Shown: positions 1-13,331 of the stretch, piece after piece
Numbering within the stretch: the stretch's first letter is position 1
Layout of the letters: every line of letters starts with the position of its first letter
Program-made: the position numbers and the translations under genes
Notes under the pieces: generated by a model
The model's database searches: none
Seen by the model: the letters and a program-made list of their open reading frames with translations, nothing else
What the model was told of the DNA's origin: nothing
Source of the DNA: Ruditapes philippinarum
Taxonomy: Eukaryota
Direction of reading: 5' to 3'
DNA length: 64,000 nucleotides
Assembly: GCF_026571515.1 (NCBI RefSeq)
Contig: NW_026864183.1
Span: 62,001-126,000, forward strand

Positions 1-538
1 CGTCTGTCTGTCCGTCCGTCACAAAACTTGTCCGGACTACTCCTCATAAACTACTGGTGCAATTTCATTGAAACTTTACAGGAATGATCTGTACCAAGTC
101 TAGTTGTGCATATTGTCAGCATTTTTTCGGTTCAATGTTTTTATCAGAGTTATTGCCCTTTAATAATTTTTATTCTTTAAGTCTGTCCGGACTACTTCTC
201 TTATAGCACTTATGCAATTTAAATGAAACTTTACAGGATTGATCAGTAGCTCAAGTCTTTGCGCATATTGCACAGGTTTCCCGGTTGAATGATTTTTGGC
301 CGAGTTATGACCCTTTGATAAAAAGGTGTTTTTTTCTGTGTGTTGCCAGATACACAAAAGCTTGTCCGGACTACTCCTCATAAACTACTGGTGCAATTTT
401 GTCCAAACTTTACAGGAATGATCAGTACCAAGTCTAGTTGGGCACTGTCCGTCTGTCTGTCCGTCTGTCAAAAAACTTGTCCCAACATGAAATTGGCCAT
501 CATGAGGCGACACATGTGATCACTGATCGCTCTTGTTA
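1..538 (-). mobile_element. Non-autonomous Helentron/HINE-like element with ~170-bp internal tandem units, truncated by window start
   Basis: GTCC/GTCT microsatellite; three diverged units 'ttgtccggactactcctcataaactactggtgcaattt..aaactttacaggaatgatc' at ~28, ~183, ~362; terminus 'gatcgctcttgtt' (reverse of AACAAGAG). Confidence 0.65.
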
Positions 539-963
539 TTTCATGGTTGTTGGTCAAGGAGTGTTCAAATATGAATGCATCTAAGCACGTAAAAATTGAT
601 TTTTCATGGGTTTCACTTGATATTTCATTTCCTCAAAGTTTTCACCTCCAGATCAGTCTGTGGAGGCACTTTCATATTCTTCTTAAGGTAAATATAAAGA
701 CACTGTATTATTGCAGAATTGATGTGTTTGCGCTGATAAAATTTTAACCTGAAAGGTATTTTTAGCTTTAGAAACAAACAGAAGTCACAAGGGGTAAGGT
801 CAGGTAATTATGGAGGATAGTTGAGCACAACGACTTTTTTCTGCCCCAGAAAGTATTGCACTTTAAACGCCATGTGCGAAGACGCGATGTCATGCAACTT
901 TCTGACATTGGCCAAACCGTTTCCGAAAGTATTTGTTAGTTTTTGAAGAACTTTTCGCATTAA

Positions 964-1562
964 CCCTTTACCTCATATATACGCGAAACAACGCACTTTC
1001 GACCCCCCTTTTTTAGGCTTGAAATAGTGAAAAAATGCCCTATTCGGGCCCCAAACACATGTTTTCGTTTGAGAAATGTTGCTTAAAAAGTGAGCACTTT
1101 TTCGGCGCGGCCCCCTATCCAAAAGGTACATAAAGGGGGTTGCCAGAAGGGTTGGGGGTTTTAAGGGGGGCGGAGTCCCCCTCATCTCCAAGAAAATTTT
1201 GGACTTGTGAGAGGCTTAAAATGAACCCATGTCGATCATAAGGTAACGTGTAACCAACTCTGAAAAGCCTTTGACTCTATATCAATCCCTTGAGAAGTTG
1301 CAGCACTTTGAAATAAATTTTGATGGAAAAAATGGAGGCAAAATAGTGATTTTTGGCAATTTTGAGATGTCCCCTCGTTGCCATGGTTACAGGAAATTTA
1401 AGACTGAGCATGTTGTTACAAAGGCAATGGTCCAGTCAACATTTGTGCCAAGTTTGATTAGTATTGAAGCATTTTTCATAGTTTCATAGCAGTTTGAACT
1501 TGTAAGAGGAGGCTTTTCAGTGAAAATGGCCATTTTTCACAATATGCTCATGGGGGAAAGGG
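964..1562. mobile_element. piggyBac-like MITE (TTAA TSD), copy 1
   Basis: TTAA|CCCTTTACCTCAT ... ATGGGGGAAAGGG|TTAA; body shared with 1698-2314 and 47405-48018. Confidence 0.8.
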
Positions 1563-1697
1563 TTAACTAAAAAAAACATAAATGTTACAAAACAACATTT
1601 TTTTCACCAAAATTAGGTAAAAGATCACATGTTAACATGGAAAAACTAGATTTTGGGTGATTCCAAAGTTTTTCAACATTTTTTGTTATCTCTTTAA

Positions 1698-2314
1698 CTC
1701 ATATATACGCGAAACAACGCACTTTCGACCCTACCCACTTTTTTAGGCCTTAAATAGTGAAAGAAATGTCCTATTCGGGCCCCAAACACATGTTTTCGTT
1801 TGAGAAATGTTGCTAAAAAAAGTGAGCACTTTTTCGGCGCGGCTCCTCATCCAAAAGATACATCAGAAGGTTGCCAGAAGGGGGATGTACCCTTTTTGTT
1901 TGGGGGGGGGGGTTGAAGGGGGGCGGAGTCCCCCTCATCGCCAAGAAAATTTTGGACTTGTGAGAGGCTTAAAATGAAGCCAGGTCGATCATAAGGTAAT
2001 GTGTAACCAAAGCTAAAAAGCCTTTGACTCTATTTCAATCCCTTAAAAGTTGCAGCACTTTGAAATAAATTTTTATGGTAAAAATGGAGGCAAAATAGTG
2101 ATTTTTGGCAATTTTGAGATGTCCCCTCGTTACCATGGTAACAGGAAATTTAAGACTGAGCATGTTGTTACAAAGGTAATGGTTCAGTCAACATTTGTGC
2201 CAAGTTTGATTATTATTGAAGCATTTTTCATAGTTTCATAGTATTTTGAACTTGTAAGAGGAGGCTTTTCAGTGAAAATGGCCATTTTTCAAATACATAT
2301 ATGCTCATGGGGGA
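1698..2314. mobile_element. piggyBac-like MITE, copy 2 (ends eroded)
   Basis: Direct repeat of 964-1562; same pseudo-ORF 'QHFEINF.GKNGGKIVIFGNFEMSPR'. Confidence 0.75.
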
Positions 2315-2681
2315 ATTCATGCTGTTTTGCAAGACTTAGCTACGGAAGGTCATAAATATTCAGTACAGTAGTAAGTTAATGTGTCATCGATATGACATAA
2401 TGCTTACTTTTATTTTTCTCTGGTTCTTGATTTCATCTTTCATAAACAGGTTTATCTTGACGTATTTGTTTCCTTGTATGTATTATAAATGAATGACGAA
2501 CTATACAATCAGGCTATATTGCTCGCGACAATATGATAATGGCATGATTGTCTTAATTAACAAGATACAGACTTTAACTTACAACAAACACTGTATCTTT
2601 CTAACTTGCATGATGAAAATGCCACTCTACCGATTAGCACTAAAACAGTGAACGTAAAATGTAACGGGAAGTACGTTATAA

Positions 2682-3762
2682 CACCGGTCCATTTTGACGC
2701 CATCTTGTGCCATCGTATGACCCCACACTAATTTTTCAGGCTCCGGCAGCAACTTCGTGAACGGTCGCAAAATATTTGGCATGCCAAAAAATTACCGGAA
2801 GACATTGCGAAAGTTCATTTCGTGTTGCATTCGTATGCCAATTTTGCGCTTCGTAAGGCTGTCGTGAAGTCATCTTGTCAAATCGTGAACTTTTCTTCGT
2901 CTTTACTTCGTGTGATCATCGGTGCCATCTTGCATTTTTTTTGCCTCAAGAAGACAATACGAAGGAAACAAGAATATGCCAGATTGTCTTGGGATGTCAA
3001 CACGACTACGTCAAACCCCCGCAATACCGTCGTTTCGGTACCATTAAATCGAGATGGGACCACGATGTGGACGAAGAAAGCAAATATGAGTGGCTCAAGC
3101 GTTGCATATGCATCATGGTGGACATATATTTAAAGGCTACTCTCAGACCATCTTTCTTATCTGTCAGTCCTGCACATCTCTACAGAGACTTCAAAAACTT
3201 TCATTATTTGCAATTTATTAACAATTATTTTCAGTATATATCCTGTAGAATAGCATTTTTTGACGATGAGCCAACAAAGAAATAGAACGCAGCAGCATTG
3301 ATACACCTTAGAAAACATGATGCGCAACTCTGACAGGCCCACCTTTGGCGGCATGATAAAGTTCAATCAAATTTAGTTGTGCGCCCAATACTATCAGCAA
3401 CTAAAATTTGCCGTGGTTGGCCGAACGTTTTTTAACACTTGGAGGTCACATAACGCCTTCGTGACCATGTTCAAATGCATCGTACTCAAAATACGATGTC
3501 GTGTACCTATCGCATGTCCTGCGGGTAAACTTCTTGTTAAAATGCACCTTTAAGGTGACTTCGTATGTGGATCGGATGCCATCGCGCCACCTTCGGTAGG
3601 AATCGTGTGTGGATCGGAAACGATCGCGTAGCATTCTGTAGGAATGATACTTGCTTCGGCTTCGGCTGTTGATTGGCTGTCGACTTATATCGGGGCCATT
3701 TTCATTCCATATTCGTATGCCCATCTGATGTATGCTTATCGGACAGTGTGACGCCTGCATTA
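2682..3762. mobile_element. Degenerate CpG-rich DNA-transposon-like sequence (possibly PIF/Harbinger-derived)
   Basis: Abrupt GC/CpG enrichment over background, repeated ttcgtg/atcgtg/atcgg subterminal-like motifs, overlapping short ORFs with no recognisable product; clean TIR pair not resolved. Confidence 0.35.
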
Positions 3763-5373
3763 AGATTGCAATGCTTTATTTGATTATGTAATACCGTACG
3801 TATGTTCTGGTTTGTCCCCCTTGACAACAGAGCGAAGTTTAAGTTATATCAAGGTATGTATACTGGTATGTTTACATGGAAAATGATAAAAACTACCGTT
3901 ATCATTCATTATTATCTAAAATGTTTTCTTCATTTCAAATCGAAACAGAAACTTAATTTATTACAATGTAATATGAAATCAATGAAAAGCTGCCATTCAA
4001 CATTATAAACTGAAATTATGTAAGTACATTTTTTTGCAAGAATATGACTTCTTATTACATTGTTTATATTATTATATTTAATCAACCTTAAGGTTTTGCC
4101 ATATCGATGTGAAGGACTTTTGAGTCGCAAAGCTGTGTGCAAAGCTATGTAGAAAATGGTGGTCTTTGATAAATTCACATAACGATGAGTACGTCTGTTT
4201 TTCGTTGGCGTAAGATTGATTCAAAGACAACTCACAAGCATCTTTCACATGACGGTCTTTACCTGTCCTACTTTGTCGCAAACATGTTTAATGACGTAGT
4301 ACTGGTTTAGTTATTGCTCATCGACGCGGACAGTTTGTACCACGGTGTTTGTGTGTTACGAAATGACGACAAGGCATGGTATATTGCTGTTGAATTGGTA
4401 CTGTCTTCGCCAACATATTTCCTGTGGCTTCCTTTCCAAACTGATTTCGGTAGCATCTTTGAATTGACGGAAGGTAGACCTATTAGCGACTGACATGTCA
4501 TATACTTGTTTGAAATCAAAACGGCAAGAATTGGTCGTGCATGAAGACGCACGTTGACGAAGTACAGTTTTAAATAGGCGCATACGCATATAGGACAATG
4601 CACGCTGTCGCAAGATGACATGTGTCTACGCTGGAATGGTCATGTGTAAATTCACGCTAAACACGAAATTAAATATGTTTTAAGGGAGGACGTAAATGAG
4701 GACGACGCAGGACAAAAATTTGTTCACGCATGACGGTGTAAGATTTCTCAGATAAGTCCTCAGGCCTTTTTTGACATGCTAAAAACCCAGGTTGAGCAGA
4801 TATTTTGTCCCGCATAAACGCTGTTCTTTTTGGAAAAAAAATAACGCAGGACTCTGTCAGGATTTTCAGTCATGCACCTTTCGTAAATTTGTTTTTACTG
4901 CCTTTAGTTCAATACACGAGATAATTTATTATCATTTATTAGGTAATTGGCAATGTAGTTATACATCTTTTGATGCAGCCATCGCGACCTAGTCTCGTAA
5001 AAAGTCGGCACAGTCCGTCAGATCTCGTAAAAACTTGTAAGATAATCATATCAAGTTTTGGTTTTCTATTCTTTGAGAATGGTATATCTGAAACATAAAA
5101 ATCATCCCATATTTTAATTATCACCATCTAAATTTTAACGAACTAATATCTGCTTTTTAGATATACAGATGCCAAGCTGACCGAGTATATACGTGCTGTT
5201 TCAATAATTACGAATACTCGGCGAGGTGTACCGAATGATTATATCATTATTAAGTATATCCCTCTTGTAGATTATAACAATTCTATCTTTATATTTCTAG
5301 CTTATAGTAGTTGTATCTCCATTTTTTTTAAATTTCAGTAAACTCACAGTATTTGTGTGGGAAAAATTAAAAA

Positions 5374-8300
5374 ATGGATTCATGTGACATCCTCGTATAC
5401 TGTTTGTCAGGACTGTTGTTTTGTGCGATAATTGCCTGTCTGGCTATGTATTTATGCACCTATACAAAGTAAGTTTATTTTACCTTTATTTCACACCTTA
5501 TTGAAGATAGCCAATTGACTTTCAGTGTTTGAACTGGGTGAAATTCCAATAGAAATCATTTCGGATCCAATTTTATCAATTTGACCTCGGCTAGCGCCTC
5601 GTCCTATATAGATTTTACACAAATGGGGTGCAACGGTGATATATTGCGATACAGTTCATTTTGCGATACATTGATTACATTATGACAAAAAAGAAAAGAA
5701 AATAACAGAAAACTGAAAGTATCTTATTTAATAAAATGAAATTTTATTGTTAAGAACTCTTAATGTAGTGTTAATCAAACTATTAAACCAGATCACAAGA
5801 CAAAAAATATCTTCTACACAAAGACTGATTGACACTGTTATTTGAACAATTTACGTCATCGGAAGTAATGACTTTTATTTTTTCAGTCATTTGCTGATTT
5901 AAATACTACATGTTGATTCCCTTTTTCTCGAGAAATTGTACCAAAAATAGCCATTTCTATCCTATCAAACTCGTCCACTTTATCCATGTTGTAATAGTAT
6001 ACGGAGTATGTAAACATGAACAATGTGACTTAATTTTTTTACTCATTTTTCATGCGCGGCGACTTTGAAGAAAAATTATTATAAATCAGCATAACAAATG
6101 CATCGGTGAGAAAAATCTCAAGTCGGTACCAACTGTTTTAGATTAAACATAATAAGGCGGCATTTCATACAAGTTTCTTTCGAAATACGTAAATGCTTTG
6201 TTTGGGCAAACAGAAACAAATATTATGGAAAATAATCACACCACGAGGATGTTGTATCGTCATATTGTTTCACCTTTATATTACAGCATAGAATATATAA
6301 ATGTACTCATAATGTATATCATAACGTAATATAATCACGGTATCTTTAACAGGACAAGTGGAGCAAAATTAAGAAAGGAATTATTACGAGTTAGAGAGGA
6401 GAACTCACAACTAGAAGATGAACTTAGAAAGGAGACACAGGAAAAGAATGATGCCTTGAAACGGTAATATCAAATTAGATATAATTAAAATCGGTGTTAA
6501 CGTTTTCTGACTTTTATTGGTAAAATCACATTTTTGTCTTTAATTTTTTTCCTTTTAGATAAAACACTGAACATTTGCACGTCTAGAAACAGAAAATTAA
6601 ATGTCTTTAAAATATCGAAGACTTGAAATGAGGATATATTTTTACAGTCTGAGCGCCATTATGTCAAGTCGTTTGAGGGATGAAAACTTTGATATAGCAG
6701 ATCTGAGCGACGGAAATCGTCCAACCAAAGTGGGAGAACAGTTTTCAGAACTTTATGACAATCAATGGACAGATGCATACGATACAACCAAGAATTTCTT
6801 CGAGAATACTATAACAGAACTTGAAATAATTCAAATACTTCTAGAAATAGTAAAGGTCATCTCATTTACATAATATATTTTGGCAATTTGCAACGTTACT
6901 TTATAAGTCTTCTTTATTTGAAATATAATTACATGTACATATTAAATATATTATTTTTTAAATGTGTTAATTAAAACTGACAAGGTAAATTTGTCAAATC
7001 TATGATAAAAAAAATTAACATTTCCCAGTTCAGAAACTAAAAGATGATTTTGATGCAAAATTGCAAGAAATGTGGATAAATATTGATATGAGGTCTTTCC
7101 AGAATAGTTAACACTGATATTGATTTTAAACCAGTTTTTTTTATAAGATTAGAAAATTCCACTTCAAAGACAATAATGACAATAATATCTAACATGCGTT
7201 TATGCCATTATTATTATGTTTTTACATTTGATTATACAAAAATTATAGTCATTTATCTTAGATGTCTTACATGTATTTTGGAGAAAAAAAAACAGGAAAT
7301 TTTAAATACATGTAAATATTGCATACATCTGCATTTTTGTTATTTACCCTGAGGCCCTCTTATCAGCAGGGGACTAGTATAAATACCAATACACAGCATG
7401 ACTTGAGACTGTCCTCTTGTATAAAAGCATTCCCTTTATACATTAAATTTTTAATATAGAAATCTTAAATAAAGTTATCAATTTTATTTATTTCATGCAC
7501 AGATATATAAACTTATATTTAGCTCCATGATTTCTTTGAAAAATTTTAATTATTTATATCTTTAAAAAGTATGCAAGCATTTCATGGTTGAAAAACATAA
7601 TATCACAGTATATGGATTGTTTTAAAATCAATGAATTAATATTCTCTTTCAATCTTGAACATGAGGAATTGCCTCTTAAGTTATATATTATTTTTACACC
7701 GTTAGGATATCGGATTATTATATGTAATATCCAAGTTGGTGTAAAATTAGTTTTGAGATTCTTGTGTCTGTAATAATAAGTAGACAATAATTTAGATCTC
7801 TGGTAGATTTATTTTGTCTCAGTCAATTTAGTATGTGTCTCAAATACAATACAATACATAAAAACATCATTCATAAAGAAATCATACAAGTAATGTATAT
7901 GTATCTGAAATTATCTATATTATAAAAGATTTCATAATTTTACTCATTTCATTTATAACCAATGAAGATAACATATATAGGTTTATTCTATCTACAAAAA
8001 TAAAATAATATTTCTTCGTTATTATTCTAACAAATTATTTAAAGTGGGGAATGGTATTAATTATATATAAGTTACTCGCAAGGCACATGAGAAGTACCGA
8101 AATGTTTTACATGAGATCATGATTTTTTAAACAACAATATTACTAACTAATTGTAACATAAAATTATAAACTTGATAAAAAATCCTATAATTATAAGGAA
8201 CACCTTATTTGACAATTTTAAATTTGGAAGGTATTTACAAAAAACATATCTAAACACATAAGGATGATTAAAATTAAATTATTTCTTAAACATATTTCTA

Positions 8301-11160
8301 GAATACATTTTTCTATAAATTTCAACTTTAAAAAGTATTACAAATCTTAATGTTGTAAAATTACTAAACTGGTATCATATTTAACTCTTAATATGTAAAA
8401 ATATAACAGTTCACTATTTAAACCTAATATGAAATAAAATTACAAAGTTTACAACAAAGTAAGAAATGAAAAATATAACAAATTTAAACAAACAGAAAAT
8501 AACATACCTGTAATAATAAGTAGACAATAATTTAGATCTCTGGCTGATTTATTTTGTCTCAGTCAATTTAGTATGTGACTGCCAGAGTACTGTCCAAGCT
8601 TATATACAGGAGTCTGATATCTGCCAAATACCTTGATGAATAGTCTCAAGTTTCTACTTTGAATTATTTATTAGATTTATGTCACTTTTACTTGTAATTA
8701 CAACAATGTATCTTTCAGAAGTATAGAAAAAGTGGTTTGAGGCAAACATAACATATATTTCTTACACAATAAATATGTTGACAATTACTGACTTGTCTTT
8801 CACATTAAAGTAATTGATGAATGTATGAACCTGTTGCTAAATATTTTGAGAACAATACAATATTGTTTAGTGTGAACTCAACTGTAATTGGAGATAAAGA
8901 AATACTTTCACAAATACTTATTATGTACGAAAGAACTTTGAAAACACACGCCTGCATTGTATGGATTTTAACAAGAAAATGAGTTATAAAAGGAGCCCAT
9001 CAAATGTATATTTTTCTACTTTATAAAATATTTGCTTGACAATTGCGAAATCATAAAATATTATACCAAGCATATTCACACAAGTCCATGTAAGAACATA
9101 AGGTGTAAATCTATAAGTTACACTTTCGATGAGCAGCACTTTATGGGCGTTGAAAGTTTTGAAGTTTGAATCTTCGGACCGTAGGGTCATCAGATTTTGG
9201 CGTCCTGAAATGATTCTTTCCGCTTTGAGTGGGTGCCCGAGTTGTGTTTGCAGTATGTTGTTTTCGTTGTAGAGATCTTGACACAATGTCATCACCCTCC
9301 GCTTGGTTGTTCTTGGTAGATCGTTGACAACATCAGGAAGCCAATGTACACCAAAACGGTGCCGTGTTGCTTATACACATTGCTTATTCATTAGGCTGTC
9401 CAGCTCCATTATCTAAGTAAATTAATGTATAAGACATTTTTTTCTTTCAAAGATTATATTGGCTCTTTTATAAACATGACCTTTCATATGATGATAATGA
9501 CCAGTTTTTAACAATACAATACATTCCATCTCATTTAATTATAACATTATATTCCATTGCAGAGAAATCATAGCTTACTTATTTGTTGAAATAGATTATT
9601 TAAAACAATGAAAATTAAATGACTTCAGAAGAAAAAAACAAGCATTGTACAAAAACAATGTTACAGTTTTAACAAATAGAAATAAAGAGCACACAAGGCA
9701 TGTAGTTTTGTTATGTTATCAGTAAAAAAACTATTCACTTGGTCAAAAACGTTACTTTCGATGTTTGGATCACCGTTTTTATCATACGATTATTTTATAT
9801 TAACTAAATCAATTTAAAATAGTTTGATGTCTAGGTGACCGCAATACATAGGTTGAAACAGATGTGAAAAGCTACATTGATATTTTGTTCTTAAAACACT
9901 TCATTTCAGAGCCACGAAGTATAATTGCTGTTCTAGGCTGACATGTAATGCCTTGCAGATACTTTACCTCTATCACCAAGGGCTTAATATAAACAATGGC
10001 ATCGAGGTCCAAGTTACTTTTTGTTGCAAAGTTAAGTTTTATTTAGACACAACCAACTTATCAAGGGTAGTGACATAAAGAAAAATATTTAACTGTTACA
10101 TTTCAGGAATGTTTTACAGAATGTAAAGACGTATCAATAAACCAGATGGAAAAGTTAAAGGAGAACGTGGCAAATATTACCGTCATTATTACAAAGGTAT
10201 GCTATAATTTACAAATAAGCTATATTTAAAAAAAAACGAATAATGTCATTTTATTCATTTTTGCTTCAAGTTTGAGTTATAAAACACTTTTTCATAAAAA
10301 ATTCTGGAGATCTTCAGACATAAATAAACAAAAGGTTTTGCAAAAGCTCGTTATCATCAAATATTTTTATACAATAAAGCGTAGAAAAACATGTTATTGT
10401 TCATGTTTAAAGACTATTACAGAAATAGAAAAATTTACATTGTTACATTTTAAATAATAAGCCAATGATGATATGAATATTATTCTAGAGTGACAGTCAA
10501 CTTCCGTTTTATCTGATGCAACGTATTAAAATAGAGAGGAAACAATCCGCCCCGAACCACATTCCAGCAGTGGATATGGTTTGTATATTGTTGTCTTGCA
10601 GACACGTTGCATTTTGATTACACATCATCTTTACGCAGTAAGACATTTTGAACTTATTCCTACTGTACACTTATTAATAATTTAAATTTCTCATGATAAG
10701 TAATATGGCTTTTAGACAACAATGATAGTATTTGTTGCAGGCTTTGATAAAGCGAATGAAGCACATTAAGTTTGTTTTAGACATGATTATTATAATATCG
10801 CATTAACACATGTTTCAGATTCTACCTAGGCTGGAGCGGAACTTCTCATCGAAAAACCAAAACCCAAAATTTCTTCATGAGCCTTCTGTTAAAGCATACG
10901 TACAAGAATGTCTGAAACTTTCGTGGTTCATGGTCATACAAGACCCTCCAATGACAATGGTACTTGAACCTGCATCCAATGATTATAAATACTTTAAGGA
11001 GTACAAGAATCGAGGCAAATTTCTTAGTTATATTGTATGGCCAGCTTTGCTTTTACAAGAAGAAGGTGAATTGATATGTAAAGGTGTTGCAGAGTTCACT
11101 AGCACCTCTTCGTCTCTAAATTCAGAAGTGGAACTAAGAGTATATTTTGGATATAATTGA
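5374..11160 (+). CDS. TM-anchored coiled-coil MIEAP(SPATA18)-C-terminal-domain protein, copy A (~311 aa, 6 coding exons)
   Basis: Exons 5374-5468 (MDSCDILVYCLSGLLFCAIIACLAMYLCTYT), 6353-6463 (coiled coil), 6648-6855 (LSAIMSSRLRD..DLSDGNRPTKVGEQFSELYDNQWTDAY), 10107-10196, 10489-10578, 10819-11160 (YVQECLKLSWFMVIQDPPM..YIVWPALLLQEEGELICKGVAEF). All GT-AG, phases compatible, 936 nt open; last-exon motifs resemble the SPATA18 C-terminus as I recall it (FIQEIC..MQALEPPL..VWPAL..KG). Confidence 0.85.
7768..8577. repeat. 70-bp direct repeat (7768-7837 / 8508-8577) flanking a 670-bp AT-rich insert
   Basis: 'ctgtaataataagtagacaataatttagatctctgg..gatttattttgtctcagtcaatttagtatgtg' occurs twice with 2 mismatches. 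Confidence 0.85.
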
Positions 11161-11897
11161 CCTGTATATTTTGGGTATTATCGTTAATATTGATAAAATT
11201 TCAAGTTCCTGTGGGGAAAAGTAATATTCTTATCATGTAGCATGCATACCAAAGTTCATAATGAACAAAGTCTTTCGTGCACCCATTCATGAATGATATG
11301 CAATTCTTGTAAAAACCAATTAACCATTGAAAAGTTTATAAGAAAATCTCGTCATCATATGTCTACTAGTTCATCTTAACTTGCTGCATTTCTTGCTTGG
11401 ACGCCTTTTGATGCTTTGTATCAATGTTTTTCTTGTATTCACTTGTTTTTGCCTGACATAGCTGCTTACCTTAGAATAAATTTACGTGAAGTGGTCCATT
11501 ATAGAAGGTCTGAATTACCATTCATGACCATGTTGAAAGTATTTAGTATCAAAGGTGATAATAAACCACGAAATAATCATACATGGATGTTGTTGATAAG
11601 TTTGAGATATATGATTCGATAAAGATATCATTAGATATCATTATATTTTTTCATAAAATAAATTATTCTAAAACAAAATGGTATTCTTCATCAAATAAAT
11701 GTCCATAGCTACATAACTACTAAATACTTTATCATTTATTTTATTTTAAGAAATATTTGTATAGGTATATGAAAATTGTGTCCATTGTAGACTAATTCAC
11801 TTTACATCATGATAAATAAAAACAAATATAGTAGAATTTATATACAAAAATATAAAAGATAAAAGAAAGTATCAACGTATTAACTACATACCTTTTG

Positions 11898-12157
11898 TTA
11901 AGGTCGTTAACTTCAAACCACTTGCCCCTCACCTCTGTGGGTTCGAATCCCGACAGGGACTTTAAATTCTTTCATGTGAGGAAGCTATCCAGCTAGCTTA
12001 CGTAACGTCGGTGGTTCTACTGAGGTACCCGTTCGTGCCGGAAATAATGCATACCAAAAGGGCACCGAGGTCTTCCTCCACCAGTAAAGCTGAAACGTCG
12101 CGATATGACATATACTGTGTCGATGTGATGTAAAACCCAAAACAAACAAACAAAAAC
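11898..12157 (+). mobile_element. tRNA-derived SINE (MetaSINE-like core)
   Basis: B-box GGTTCGAATCC at ~11940, core 'gaggaagctatccagctagcttacg..gtcggtggttctac..gtcttcctccacca', (CAAA)n tail; reverse copies at ~44.0 and ~46.5 kb. Confidence 0.8.
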
Positions 12158-12831
12158 ATACTTTTGGGTGAAAGTGTAACATTTAGAAAAAAACAGGTCA
12201 TAAGGTTAGAAAAATACAAAGTGAAACCTCTGGCGTCTTTTTTAATTATTTCATTGTTTTTCCTTATAATCAATATAATGCTTTGCAGTGTTAGATTTTT
12301 TTTGCCATAAATAGGTCATAGTTCAAATAGAATTATAGTACACCTGATAAGATGTAAAACTGTAACTTGTCATTTTTTTCTAATGACACATGTCACTACT
12401 ATTGACAACCTTAAAATCTAATAAAAGAAAAGAAAAAAGTGATCGCTCAGAAGTATTAATCACAGCAAAATGACATGAACATTGCAGACTCGTTTTCATT
12501 GAGTCTGAAAATGAAGAATAATGAATAGCTGCAACATCCCTCACGCCTCGAAGCACCGGCTTGAGCGGTACTCAATTCTGTACACTTAATAGTGCTGGCA
12601 TCAATGTCCCCGAAGGACCAGAAAATATAACAAATTTTCCCTTGTTTTATTGTTCCTTTGTTTTTAATATTACCAAGTTAGCAAGTATTTTAGCATTTTC
12701 TTCTTTTTTAATAATTGCACAGACTGAGGTAATCAACTTCTCTAAATATATTTTCATACATATAAGTTTTAAATCTTCCTTTCTTGATATTCTGCTTTGG
12801 ATGTATTTTCTGTAAGTGTAATGAGCGTTAA

Positions 12832-13331
12832 AGGGATACTCAGGCAAAATAATGACAAAAATGATCTTGTGTACTCAAATCACGTTAAAATGACATTTCT
12901 AAAAGTCCAAACATGAATTTCTGTATTAATTCTATATATTTTGGGTTTAAAGTGTAAATATATATATGTATGTATAACAAAATCTAGACGCCAACAGAAT
13001 CACCGAACACTTTTAAAACAAACCATGTGACTTGAAAAAACCCTTGAAGTAACAATAACAGATATTGTGGATATTGTATGATTAAAACAAGTCTAAGTCA
13101 TTTATTTTGGCATGTTCTTTACCGTTTCCAGAGTTAACTGTGACAAATATTGTGAAATATTAGCGCTCTAACCTGACCCACGCGGGTCAAGTTCGGAAAC
13201 TACAATTTTATTCTTTATATGGAGAAAAGTTATGTTCCTTTGACTGCCTTGTGTATTCATTTTGAGGATATATAAAGAAAAATGAATGAAAAATTCAAAT
13301 TAAGAAATGAAAATTTTGCCTGTGTCTCCCT
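12832..13331. mobile_element. Kolobok-like MITE (TTAA TSD)
   Basis: TTAA|AGGGATACTCAGGCAAAAT ... ATTTTGCCTGTGTCTCCCT|TTAA. Confidence 0.75.

Noticed and set aside
1271-2241. Repeated ORFs 'QHFEINFDGKNGGKIVIFGNFEMSPR' (also 47727-47945)
   Set aside because: They lie inside a TIR/TTAA-bounded MITE; the similarity reflects repeat copies, not a gene family
2822-4621. Cluster of overlapping 100-136 aa ORFs
   Set aside because: No recognisable domain or splice structure; explained by GC-richer TE-like DNA
11920-11960. tRNA-like T-arm (GGTTCGAATCC)
   Set aside because: Head of a SINE; no complete cloverleaf
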